A DNA stretch of 64,000 bases from Corallochytrium limacisporum Hawaii (Eukaryota > Protista > Pluriformea). The DNA lies in contig PDIP01000003.1 of the NCBI GenBank assembly GCA_002811645.1, forward strand, positions 620,001-684,000, read 5' to 3'. Shown piece after piece: positions 24,420-34,354 of this stretch (its first letter is position 1; each line of letters begins with the position of its first letter). The translations under genes were made by a program, and so were the position numbers. Below the pieces are notes generated by a model. The model searched no databases and was not told where the DNA came from. It was given only the letters and a program-made list of their open reading frames with translations.

Positions 24420-24445
24420 CCCCCCCCCCCCCGGGGGGGGGGGGG
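24420..24445. repeat. Perfect C13G13 palindrome followed by further G-runs
   Basis: Read directly; lies between the convergent RapGAP and ING genes. Confidence 0.95.
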
Positions 24446-24828
24446 AGGGGGGAGGGGCATTGTCAGACACGCACACCCTGTGAGACCCAATGCACCAGTG
24501 AAGAATCAGAAAAGTCGACCAACGGGAGTGTGTGGGGTCAGTTCTAGTCCAACAAGACACACGAATCAGAGAAATCCATGGATGACGGCGGGAGGAAATT
24601 CAATATTGAAAGTATTGAGCGGATGAGGATCAGGCCATCACCATTCAGTTATACTAGGATTGTACCCCTTGCCCCAAATTCACTATTCAAAACTAAATCA
24701 GTGCGAATGATCCCGAATTTATCGGAATAATTGCTAAACTGCGCATGTATGGAAATATGTATGTATGGATGGTCTGCTGGACCGCGGATCATCTCTGAGA
24801 GGAAACATGATTTGATGAATGAAAGTCT

Positions 24829-25683
24829 CTAGCGACACTGTGGGCAATACCACTTACCCTTTGGTGCCTCTGTCAATCCAACACAGCCGTAGTGGAACCA
24901 TTCGATGGGACAGTCGGGGTTATCACATCCAACCATGTCACCATATGACACTTGGTTGCACAGGCAGTACTTGGGTTCGTTTGGATCCAGTCCACCAGCA
25001 GGTTCTGGAATGCCTGTTGTACCCATATCGAGTCCAGCCAGAACTGTGCCGACTAGTCCCAAAGAAGTGTCACGCAGGCCTGCACCGAGCCCTGCAGCAG
25101 ATACACCACTGGCTGCCGAAATGCTCTGTTTCTTTTGCTTCTTGCGCGCCGGTCCATCAGCTTTCTTCGTTTCTTTTCGACTAGAGACGCTGTCCTTTCG
25201 GCTACGCGAGGTCAGGCCGGATACTTCACTTGAAGTCTCTGCATAGTCAGTCACGGACTTACGAGATGTCAACTGCTCCACACTGGCGTGCTTCTGTCCG
25301 GCTTTGTTCGCTTTCTCCACCAGCGTATTCGTTATACCAGGGTTCTCGGCCTCGAGCTCATTTGTAAACTTCTTAACTTCATTGTCTAGTCGCTTGCTAT
25401 GCCTTTCTATGATCTCATGCACTTGATCAAGGACGGACAGCTTCTTTTGATGCACTTGTTGAGCCTTAGCAAATGATGTTCTGATCCTGTGACACTTTGC
25501 TGCCCTTTGCTCACCATTCATGGTTTGGCCCGACAAGAAATATCTCTTCACTTCCCTTTCCGCAAGCTCTTCTTCACGGGCTGCTTTTTCGTCGGCGTCC
25601 CCCATGCGTTTTAGATTAGCACCAATGAATTCACTGAGACCCTCAATGGACTCAACAAAGTCCTCAAGATAGTACATTGCCAT
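24829..25683 (-). CDS. ING-family (ING3-like) PHD finger protein
   Basis: N-terminal [15 protein letters not shown] domain, [14 protein letters not shown] (ING3-like), [41 protein letters not shown]...WYCPQC. Confidence 0.95.
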   Translation of the reverse strand: MAMYYLEDFVESIEGLSEFIGANLKRMGDADEKAAREEELAEREVKRYFLSGQTMNGEQRAAKCHRIRTSFAKAQQVHQKKLSVLDQVHEIIERHSKRLDNEVKKFTNELEAENPGITNTLVEKANKAGQKHASVEQLTSRKSVTDYAETSSEVSGLTSRSRKDSVSSRKETKKADGPARKKQKKQSISAASGVSAAGLGAGLRDTSLGLVGTVLAGLDMGTTGIPEPAGGLDPNEPKYCLCNQVSYGDMVGCDNPDCPIEWFHYGCVGLTEAPKGKWYCPQCR

Positions 25684-26570
25684 GGTTCTATTTTTCTAAA
25701 CTGAGGCCTGTTATCTATAATTCTACATTCTGTTCGTGATAGATGGGATTGTCGCAGCAATGTGCTTGTCTTTGCGCAATTCAAATAGTGTTGTTGCTTC
25801 GAAATACCACAGTCATTTCTATGTGCGGTACCATGTTTCTCTGCGCGCGCCCATCTGCCTCTGCTGTGATCATTTCCCAGTGTTTTACAATCCTATCCGT
25901 ATGTGAAATCACTGGCCACCTCCCACCATTCTCCACAGTGAATGTGCTGCTGATATTTTGTGCCTCAAATGTTGTTCACTTCCCTGGGCCATTGTCGCCT
26001 ACTGTGGGTACACCTGACGCAAAACGTCGAGAAGACAGAACGAAAGAAAAAGGGATGAAACTATTCCCTGGTACGCTGAACCGGGGAGATTTGGAAGTAA
26101 AGACCGTCCCAACGATCTCACAGGACTCAATGTCAATACCCCTTCCTGCCTCAGAGAGAGAGACTCTACCGATTGTGCGGACTACAGGTTGTTCGGAAAT
26201 TCAAGAGCCCGAGGTACCATAGAGCATCCATAGTGAAGCATCCACCGTTCAACTTGCGGAGTGAGTTTGGTCTATGTACCGTCCTTTCGCGAGGTAACCC
26301 GCTGACGGGAGGAATGGCGTTTGGTGTGAAAGAAGGGGATCGCCCTTCAATATACAAAACAAACTGAGTCATGAAAGCTATGAAAAGAGATAGGGGATCA
26401 TTTGTAGACAATAACGGTGGTACATTTTGTGTCACCATGAGCATGTACTCTGTGATATGGCTTACAGGAAAACCCGTTTAATTAATACAGAGGAGGCAAA
26501 ATGTAAGGCGAAACAACACTTCTCAATGCGGATCTGCATTGGCTTTGGTGAACATAGCTGACGACACAAC

Positions 26571-27800
26571 ATGGGTAATTCCTCTAGTAAGAATAAGACA
26601 GGGGTTCCTGTCAATGGGGACACAAGGTCTTCTGGTAAATCCACAAGGTCTTCCAAGAAAACCATCCTAAAACGACGAGGAAAAAGGAAGGGAAGGAATG
26701 AACATGCTCTCAACGGAGACCCACGGACTGTTGGCTCTGACCCGCGGCAGCAAGATGGCGAGATTCCCGAAGTTAATATTGAGGGATCAGGAGACTTGTC
26801 AGAACGCAGGTCCGTGGCTAGTGCAAAAGACAACAGAGACGAAAATGATGCCCTACAACACATTAGTGAGCGACAGACCGAAGTACCGGATGAAAAACAC
26901 ATTCGTTTCGGCAATCACAACAGATATGTTAAATCTCTCAATAGCTTAGAACAAGCGGGTGTCAACGACAAAGTGGGGCGCACACGAAGTAATTCTTCGA
27001 ACAGTAACAATGCACTGCGACGGAGAAATAGTTGTACCACAATCTATCTTAGCGCGAGCGTGGCCGCACCAGGGCTGGAGCGTACGCTCGAGTGCGTATC
27101 GCAGGCTCTTGAATTGGACGGCAGTGACAATTTCACTAAGAGAGATTTGCGTAAGAGTGGCATGGATGCCATCAGTCCACGGGCACGGACCCTGTGGAGT
27201 GTTTTTAGCGAGGAAGACCATCCGAGCAGTTTCGGAGAACTGGACGTCAGTGAGTACTGGGAAGTACCCTCCGCTGGCAGAATCTTCCATTTCTTAAACT
27301 CTCTGTTTGAGGCAGCCGCTCTGACTGCTGAGGCTGCCATCATCACACTGATCTACGTGGAGCGGCTGATGAACTCGACAGGCATAGTGTTCACCGGACT
27401 CTACTGGCGGCGGATCACACTCGGAGCCGTTCTCCTGGCCTCCAAGGTATGGGACGACCAAGCCGTCTGGAACGTGGACTTCTGTTCCATTCTGCCGGAC
27501 ATGGCAGTAGAAGACATGAACCAACTCGAACGGCGATATTTGGAGGCAATTGGTTTCAATGTGAGTGTGGCAGCTGGTATCTACGCGCGCTACTTCTTTG
27601 AGCTCCAGGACATCGTCAACGAGAACGACGGCCTGCCCACGACCCAGCTGAATATGGAGCGGGCAATCGAACTAGAGGCTCTGACCCGCAAGACCGAATC
27701 GCTAGTGTCCAAGACAAAGAAAGGCAATCCTAGAACACGGAAGAGACCAAAGAGTCAGGATCAGTACCAGAGAAAACCTGAACCAGCATATGTCATGTAA
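26571..27800 (+). CDS. CCNY: Cyclin Y-like protein
   Basis: MGNSSS myristoylation-type start, LQHISER, cyclin box AALTAEAAIITLIYVERL...LLASKVWDDQAVWNVDFC. Confidence 0.93.
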   Translation: MGNSSSKNKTGVPVNGDTRSSGKSTRSSKKTILKRRGKRKGRNEHALNGDPRTVGSDPRQQDGEIPEVNIEGSGDLSERRSVASAKDNRDENDALQHISERQTEVPDEKHIRFGNHNRYVKSLNSLEQAGVNDKVGRTRSNSSNSNNALRRRNSCTTIYLSASVAAPGLERTLECVSQALELDGSDNFTKRDLRKSGMDAISPRARTLWSVFSEEDHPSSFGELDVSEYWEVPSAGRIFHFLNSLFEAAALTAEAAIITLIYVERLMNSTGIVFTGLYWRRITLGAVLLASKVWDDQAVWNVDFCSILPDMAVEDMNQLERRYLEAIGFNVSVAAGIYARYFFELQDIVNENDGLPTTQLNMERAIELEALTRKTESLVSKTKKGNPRTRKRPKSQDQYQRKPEPAYVM

Positions 27801-27922
27801 AAAGTTGCCCAACATTACTGTGACCAGGCGAGTTTGATTGTTTATGACACTAACTAGTATTACCTTTATATATGTATATTGATTACTTACGAAGTTTCCT
27901 TTTTTGTAAATTTCAAGTGGAT

Positions 27923-28369
27923 CTAGTAGTGACCCAATTTCACCTGAGGTTCTGGCCGTGGGTCAGCTACTTCACGTTTTGCCGCAGGGTTACGCCACGC
28001 AGGGTTAGTGAAACCCATGACCTGATAGGTAACAAACAAGAACCCAAATCCGTAGCCCAGCCATTTCAGAGCCTCATAAGGATTAGCATGCTCCTCGAGG
28101 TAGTCCACGAAGAAAATACTATATTCTTCTTCCATTTCAGGGACGGGATCCTCAATATTACGACGTTCCTGCATGTCGTCATACTGCAGATAGGCCTTCT
28201 CTGCCTGCTGATGGACACCCGCCGCGTTGTACCCTCCCAGGTCCACTTGAGAGTCCGACTTAACTTCCTGTCTCATAACAGCAGTCGAGTGCATGAACCG
28301 AACACGAGTCATGGCACAGACAGAGCGGAGGCTAGACGGCCGCATTGCCCGAGTCAAAAACGACGACAT
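27923..28369 (-). CDS. NDUFB8: NADH:ubiquinone oxidoreductase subunit NDUFB8 (ASHI)-like
   Basis: Presequence from ATG 28369 (MSSFLTRAMRPSSLRS), YDDMQERRNIEDPVPE motif, one TM helix, NPAAKR tail. Confidence 0.7.
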   Translation of the reverse strand: MSSFLTRAMRPSSLRSVCAMTRVRFMHSTAVMRQEVKSDSQVDLGGYNAAGVHQQAEKAYLQYDDMQERRNIEDPVPEMEEEYSIFFVDYLEEHANPYEALKWLGYGFGFLFVTYQVMGFTNPAWRNPAAKREVADPRPEPQVKLGHY

Positions 28370-29140
28370 TCTTTTAATAACTAATTTACACGCTTTCGTT
28401 TCCCCTGCTGTGTTGTTACACGGATTTGAAACCAATAGGCTTGAGAAGAATTTCCTGGGTTGTTTTGAACGTGAAGACATCTAGGTTCTAATGTAGCTGA
28501 ATGTATTCAGCATAATGTCATGCAAAATTTTCGCCAAAGGAAGTGCGTAACCACAACCCGTGGTCAGTGCTACGTGCGGACAACCAGTAGCTTGTATATA
28601 TTCCAACCCCGCCTGGCTTTCGAGCACACACACACAGCGCCCTCGTTTTTTCACTGAAGAGCCCCCCTCGCGCCTACTCACCAGCAGGAGCCACCCGAGC
28701 CCTACTCTCTGTCTGTGCATGCCCTCCCTGTCAATCAGTAAACAAAACAACGGGTTTGAACTTCACCGAAAGCGACACCTCTGGTCTCCTGGTCCATATA
28801 ACCAGTGAACTGGCCGGAATGACCGCAGTGGAAATCCAGAGGGCTCTTATAGTGAATGTATGAAATCTGTAGTATGCGCAGTGATAGTACATAGGAACCG
28901 ATCCTTTTGTCCACCGTCGGGGTCGGGTTGGTAGTGTGTCAATTGATTTCTTTAATGTACAGTTGCAATTTGATTCTTCGTCAAGCAGAAGAATTTTGGT
29001 GTGAGCGGCAGAGGGCCGACCGGAAATCTGCGCACTCAGCGATCGTGCCCTGCGGGCGGGCATGTTGGGGACTGCAACTGCGATTGCTGCTCGCAAGGCC
29101 CCTGGGACAAGAAAGACCAGGTACGCACGTACAGTGCCAA

Positions 29141-29891
29141 CTTGTCGGCCGCAATGTGCGCTCCAGTCCAGTCGCCCACTGGTGGATCTTGGATGAAGTG
29201 GTCGCAGCGCTTGATGAAGGTCTGGCTAACCCGATCACCTGGGTGTAGTTCCATACAGTACGTGAATGACTTCTTGGCGGACTGAAAGTCACCATTCCTG
29301 TAAAGAGCGCTTCCTTCCTTCAAATAGCGAACGACCTCAAGACGATTTGGGAACTGCTCTTCCGTGTAATGGTCGAGCACTTCATAAATACCTACTGCAT
29401 AAGACTTGCCCTTGACCTGCAGGTCGTCGACTTTACGGATCACATACGCCTCATTCAACGCCTCCATCGTAGCTTCGGAAATCAGCAACTCGGCACCGTA
29501 CTGCTCTCAATGATGACGTCCGCAACATCCTTGGATACATAGCGGGCCATGGTGGCTCTGAAGCGAGTCTCACGACTAAGATCCTCAAGGAGATAAATGG
29601 AACCAACACGCTCCTGCGCGTGTGTTTCTAACGGTACACCGATGAGGTTGCAGGAGATTTTTTGGTTCCGGACGATGAAATCGACATCCATGGCGCTGTC
29701 CTCCTCACCGTCCCTCTGCACTTTGTAGAGTACCTGGTTAACTTCAGCGCTGCAGTCAATGGAGATGAAGAACTCACCGAGGGTTGTGCCCTGGAAAGAG
29801 TGGGGTTCTCAATGCTGAATAATTCCTGGAAACGACGATTGGTCTTCACTACGCGTCCGTCTGTGTCAACGGAGACCACTGCGTTGGTGAT
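29141..29891 (-). pseudogene. Remnant of a PAS + class III adenylyl/guanylyl cyclase + TPR-like gene; 5'-truncated, frameshifted, catalytic core deleted
   Basis: Three frames stitch into one protein. PAS start ITNAVVSVDTDGRVVKTNRRFQELF; frameshift in a C-run near 29802-29805; PAS end GSIYLLEDLSRETRFRATMARYVSKDVADVIIE; jump near 29504 to QYGAELLISEAT...DDLQVKGKSYAVGIYEVL; tail GSALYRNGDFQSAKKSF...PGDRVSQTFIKRC...PPVGDWTG. Confidence 0.88.
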
Positions 29892-29906
29892 AGGGTTAGG
29901 GTTAGG
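29891..29906 (+). repeat. Short interstitial telomeric repeat TAGGGTTAGGGTTAGG
   Basis: 16 nt of perfect TTAGGG periodicity, exactly at the boundary between the cyclase remnant and the zinc-finger gene stop codon. Confidence 0.85.
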
Positions 29907-29907
29907 C

Positions 29908-31410
29908 TCATCGTACCTGAGCCTCGTAACCTGCTTGGGCTGCCTTGTATAACTTGCAGGCGTGGAGATGTCGGTTAAGCTCCAGCTTACGCGGGAAGCG
30001 GACCGCACACTGAGGCACCGGACAGAAGTATGTATACTGCTCAGGGGGCGTGTGCTTGAACAGTTTATGATTGCTCAGTGCTCCCGAGGTATGGAAGGCC
30101 TTACCACAATCTGGCTCCTCGCAAATGTACTCCAAGCCCTCACCATGCTGGTTGGCCCAGTGGATTTTAAAGCTCGATTTCCGTGTGAAAGTGGCCTCAC
30201 ACATATTGCACACAATGTGTTCGTCCCGCTGGCCATCGCGTCGCATACGGTTTTGGTCACCTTGACGGCGCTTGTCCGGGCCATCAGGGGACAGCGGTGA
30301 CATCGGTGGTGGCTGGGGGGTAGCCCGACCCCTGCGCTTGGTCTTAGGTTCGGGTGCTGCTGCGGCGGTGCCCCGACCCCGCTTCGCTACAGCGTTACGT
30401 CTCCTCGCGGGGGCTTTTCGATCCCTACCACTCACAGGTTCCGACTGTTGGTTCAGTTTTGCAACCTCTGCATTCTTCATGGTTCGTGCTGCGGGCATCT
30501 TGCCCGGCCCAATGCGTGCCTTCCGTTTACTGCCGGTGCCTACATTGGATGCTGCGGGCATCTTTTGCGGTGCTTTCGGAGGACGGCCCCGACGTGAGGC
30601 TGCAGTTGGCACAACAGGTGGTGGTGGGACAGCAACACTGCTTCGGATAGGTGGTGATGTGACCCTTTGAGAGCCTGTCCCTGTTGTGGGTGGTTGATTC
30701 TCCTCATGGCTGTCGGTCTGTACGGAGGACGGCTCGTCCATGGCACTGATTCGGCCCCGCCCTGAGCGCAAGTTCTGTTGATTGTTGCTTGATGGTGTTC
30801 GTTGTGGAGGAGGAATGCTCTCTGGGGATACTGGCGATTCAAATGGCATCGATTCCACAGACGGCCGTTGTTGTCGCCCATGCTGTGCGGAAGGCACCGC
30901 CGCGGCCTTGGGGGTCGCTGTGGCGGAACCCACAATTGGTCGTTGCGGGGCAGGTGCAACTGATTTCTGAGCCGAGGAATTGGATCCACCACTGATGGTG
31001 TTCAAGATGGCCCGTCGTTGCCCGACTGGAAGACGCCGCGGTGCTCCCGTGTTCGGATCTACGACCTGCTCTAGGATCTCGTCCAGATCTTCCCTAGTCA
31101 GCATCTCAAGAGTTTCCAGGTCCAGCACGGACTCTTGTACAAATGCCTCTAAGAATGGTGCAGAAAGTCTGATCTTTTGGAAGAAGGCGGCAAGATCAGG
31201 AGAAAACTGGCCCATATCGAAGGGAACTGCAGTCTGTCTATTGCCCCGTTCGCGCTGTGCGGCTGCGGCTGCTTGAGTCTGTGACCATGCATAATTGTCT
31301 GATCCCACGTAGTTATTTGCTGTCTGTCTATTGTCCGGTGGTACAAAGAAATTCTGTCGCCCTTGCCCATCGTACCGCTGGGTAAACTGCGGGTCGAAAA
31401 TATCGGACAT
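29908..31410 (-). CDS. SAM-like domain / AT-hook / C2H2 zinc-finger protein (putative transcription factor)
   Basis: SAM-like LAAFFQKIRLSAPFLEAFVQESVLDLETLEMLTREDL...LPVGQRRAIL; AT-hook RRGRPPK; fingers CNMC..HWANQH, CEEPDC..HKLFKH, CPVPQC..HLHAC. Confidence 0.9.
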   Translation of the reverse strand: MSDIFDPQFTQRYDGQGRQNFFVPPDNRQTANNYVGSDNYAWSQTQAAAAAQRERGNRQTAVPFDMGQFSPDLAAFFQKIRLSAPFLEAFVQESVLDLETLEMLTREDLDEILEQVVDPNTGAPRRLPVGQRRAILNTISGGSNSSAQKSVAPAPQRPIVGSATATPKAAAVPSAQHGRQQRPSVESMPFESPVSPESIPPPQRTPSSNNQQNLRSGRGRISAMDEPSSVQTDSHEENQPPTTGTGSQRVTSPPIRSSVAVPPPPVVPTAASRRGRPPKAPQKMPAASNVGTGSKRKARIGPGKMPAARTMKNAEVAKLNQQSEPVSGRDRKAPARRRNAVAKRGRGTAAAAPEPKTKRRGRATPQPPPMSPLSPDGPDKRRQGDQNRMRRDGQRDEHIVCNMCEATFTRKSSFKIHWANQHGEGLEYICEEPDCGKAFHTSGALSNHKLFKHTPPEQYTYFCPVPQCAVRFPRKLELNRHLHACKLYKAAQAGYEAQVR

Positions 31411-32280
31411 AATATCGAAATGTGATATATGTTGATTTGCGGATCAATTACCGTCGGAGGTGAAGATCTTTGCTACAGGTTGATGTCTAAGAAATACCTC
31501 ACACTAGTCTCTGCTATTATCCATAGCACACAGAACAAGAGGATGGTTGGCAACGGTTTAATTGCCTGAGTCTGCAAAGAATCCGTCCTGAGCTGATAAC
31601 GTTGTGTTGAGTTATGCTGAACTGGACCCGCCCACAAGACCCAGACCTCTTGCGTATTGCGGCAGAGTAGAGATATGAAGCGCGACCGCGTACGACCCAG
31701 CCTTACCGAGAAGTGGCCCGAGGCCCCGTCACCAACCGGCCGTGCAGTACTGAGAGAACTGGAGCGGTCTTCGTCTGCCGCAATGCGCGGTATTGTAGAA
31801 ATTTGCTGGTTTGCCCCAGCCGGTGCGCAATGTATACACACCATACTGCCTTCCAGTCCTGAAGGAATGCCAGCGTAGCAAAATTGTCCCGCGCCCATTC
31901 CTCTAACTGGACAATCAGGATTCGATCGTCAGTGTACTGATAAATATGGAGTGCCGAATCCGAACCAAAGGATTCGCCTCTATAGAGTCTGGGGCTGCAC
32001 GTAGTGAAGAAACCAGAGTCACCAGGGATGAGCCTCGGATGGGTCCCCCACTTAGGAGTGACTTGTCACATGGTGGAAGTCGGCCACCTACTCCACCCAA
32101 CACATACCGCTTTGGTATTTCGGAATCATGTGGTCATGCTTCAAAGACAACACAGGTAGTAACATGACGAGATCTGGAGACCATAGCAGTAGATACAATC
32201 AATAGAAAAGGTGAACTATGTAGAGCGGTGTAGCAAGAAATTGAAGTGGTCGGTAAACAAACCAAAGAAAGACTCCAGTC

Positions 32281-33237
32281 ATGACAATTCCGGTGTCAGT
32301 GTTTACAGGATTCCTGGGAGCGGGAAAGACGACAACGATCTTGAAGCTCATTCCACAATTGCCACAAGACTACCAGATGGTTCTGCTGAAGAATGAATTT
32401 GGGGATGTCAAGGTGGACAGTGAACTTGCCAAGAGCTCCAGTCTGGCGGTGACGGAAATGCTGAACGGATGCCTATGCTGTGTACTTGTAGGGCAGATGA
32501 AGAATGCCTTGTTAGAGATTAAGGAAATGAATCCTGACCGAATCATTATTGAAACCAGTGGATCAGCATTCCCGGGCCCCATTGCCTGGCAGATTAGACA
32601 GATAGAGGAAGATGGATTCAAACTGGATTCCATTGTCACCGTAGTAGACGCAGAGAACTTTGAGGGCTACGAGGACCAGTCGTATACTGCAAAGCTTCAG
32701 GCTCAGTACACTGACCTCATTGTCATTAACAAGCACGAGCATGTCTCAGAGCAGAGACTGGACTCAGTCATCGACCGGGTCAACGACCTCAACACGGATA
32801 CCCCTCGAGTACTGTCCACCAATGGAGCGGTCGCCCCCGACCTGATCTTTGGTTTGGATACGAAACTCTTTTCAATTCTGAATGACACCAACATCATACC
32901 GTATCATCAAAGCGCAGAGGTCGATATTTACACAGTTGAGAAGCGGGGCGTCGATCCCGTAGACCGGGCAGAGTTTGACGCTGCTCTGGATACCCTGTCC
33001 AAAGAAGACTTTTACAGAGTGAAAGGCTTTGTACGCTTCCCTGATGGAATGTACATCCTGAACCATGCCTTTGGCCGCCGTGAATACCATCCCATAGCAA
33101 ACTATGAAAAATGTGTATCCATGTTGCTTACATTTATGGGTCAGGATTTCTTCCGGCACCAGGATCACGTCAAACGGGTGTTCCGATTGGATGAGGGCGA
33201 GCTGGATTTTCATCGTGCAAAGCGGATAGATCATTGA
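32281..33237 (+). CDS. COG0523/CobW-family metal-chaperone GTPase
   Basis: IPVSVFTGFLGAGKTT, NEFG, NGCLCC (CxCC), IIIETSG, INK, C-terminal FYRVKGFV. Confidence 0.95.
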   Translation: MTIPVSVFTGFLGAGKTTTILKLIPQLPQDYQMVLLKNEFGDVKVDSELAKSSSLAVTEMLNGCLCCVLVGQMKNALLEIKEMNPDRIIIETSGSAFPGPIAWQIRQIEEDGFKLDSIVTVVDAENFEGYEDQSYTAKLQAQYTDLIVINKHEHVSEQRLDSVIDRVNDLNTDTPRVLSTNGAVAPDLIFGLDTKLFSILNDTNIIPYHQSAEVDIYTVEKRGVDPVDRAEFDAALDTLSKEDFYRVKGFVRFPDGMYILNHAFGRREYHPIANYEKCVSMLLTFMGQDFFRHQDHVKRVFRLDEGELDFHRAKRIDH

Positions 33238-33565
33238 ATACACCGAACCCACGATATAGATACCCCGTAGATTGCTGAATAATGTAGACGGTGTTCTGTC
33301 CCATTCTAATGTTTATGAAACTAGGTTGTGATTTAATTATATGACATGCAAGTTTGTGTTTATGCCCCTTTGATTTCTACAAAATGGTATCACACGCATC
33401 CCAGCCTTAACTAATGAAAACCTGGACGGGTGGATGATAGAACCCCATTCTGCGAGAAACTTTGAAAAAGATAAAAAGGAATTACGTTTGAATGTTGAAA
33501 ATGCAATGGAAGACGTGAATAAAGTGTGGGAAGGAACAATTAAGCGCTTAAGATGTTGGAAGCAC

Positions 33566-34354
33566 TTAGTGTCCGGCACGCTTGCGCTCGAGGCGGCGGT
33601 CGCGCTCCTCAGCAATGGACAGCTTAACACCCTTACCCTTAGGCAAGCTAATCAGAACCTTCTCGTGGCCGAGAACGAAGACGTTCTTGGACAGAGTGGC
33701 GAAGGTGTGGCCAAGGCTATCCTTAATGTGGACAGTGTCCTCCTGGCCGTCAGCCTTGTCCTTATGTACAAAGGTACCAACACGTCCCTTGTTGTGACCT
33801 CCGGTAATCATAACAGTGGAGCCGACATCGAACTTCTCGAAGCCCTTGATCTTCTGCTCCTCCAGATCGAAGAGGATAGTGTCGTTGGCCTTGATCAGAG
33901 GATCAGGGTAGCGGATGGTACGGCCGTCGTGGGTAACACAGTAGGGAACACCCTCCTTGCCGACAGCAATGCGGCGGACCTTGCAGAGCTTGTACTTAGA
34001 CTCCTCATCGGCAATGCGGTGGATGGTGTAGCGACCCTTAACGTCGTACAGCAGGCGGAAGTTCTCACCAGTCTTCTCAAGGGTAATGACATCCATAAAT
34101 CCAGCTGGGTACAAGGGGTCGGCGCGAACCTTACCGTCGATCTTGACTTGGCGCATCTTGCAGATCATCTTAACCTCATGATAAGTCAGAGCATATTTCA
34201 GGCGGTTGCGGAGGAAAATAACCAAAGGCAGGCACTCGCGCTGCTTGTGGGGTCCCGAAGAAGGCTTAGGTGCAAAAGTACCCGAGAGCTTGTCAAGCAT
34301 CCAGTGCTTGGGCGCTGCCAAGCGCTTCATATGTTTCTTTGGTCCACGAACCAT
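33566..34354 (-). CDS. RPS4: 40S ribosomal protein S4 (eS4)
   Basis: [23 protein letters not shown]...[11 protein letters not shown]...[18 protein letters not shown]. Confidence 0.99.
   Translation of the reverse strand: MVRGPKKHMKRLAAPKHWMLDKLSGTFAPKPSSGPHKQRECLPLVIFLRNRLKYALTYHEVKMICKMRQVKIDGKVRADPLYPAGFMDVITLEKTGENFRLLYDVKGRYTIHRIADEESKYKLCKVRRIAVGKEGVPYCVTHDGRTIRYPDPLIKANDTILFDLEEQKIKGFEKFDVGSTVMITGGHNKGRVGTFVHKDKADGQEDTVHIKDSLGHTFATLSKNVFVLGHEKVLISLPKGKGVKLSIAEERDRRLERKRAGH

Noticed and set aside
29891-29906. CCTAACCCTAACCCTA as a telomerase RNA template
   Set aside because: Both flanks are protein-coding-derived, leaving no room for a telomerase RNA scaffold.
29628-30008. In-frame ZnF-cyclase fusion protein
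   Set aside because: The ZnF frame has TGA followed by GCC TAA, the candidate splice is out of frame with the cyclase, and the remnant is itself frameshifted twice.
16856-33237. MMUT plus CobW-family gene as a cobalamin gene cluster
   Set aside because: They are 13 kb apart with unrelated genes between; eukaryotic COG0523 proteins are mostly zinc chaperones.
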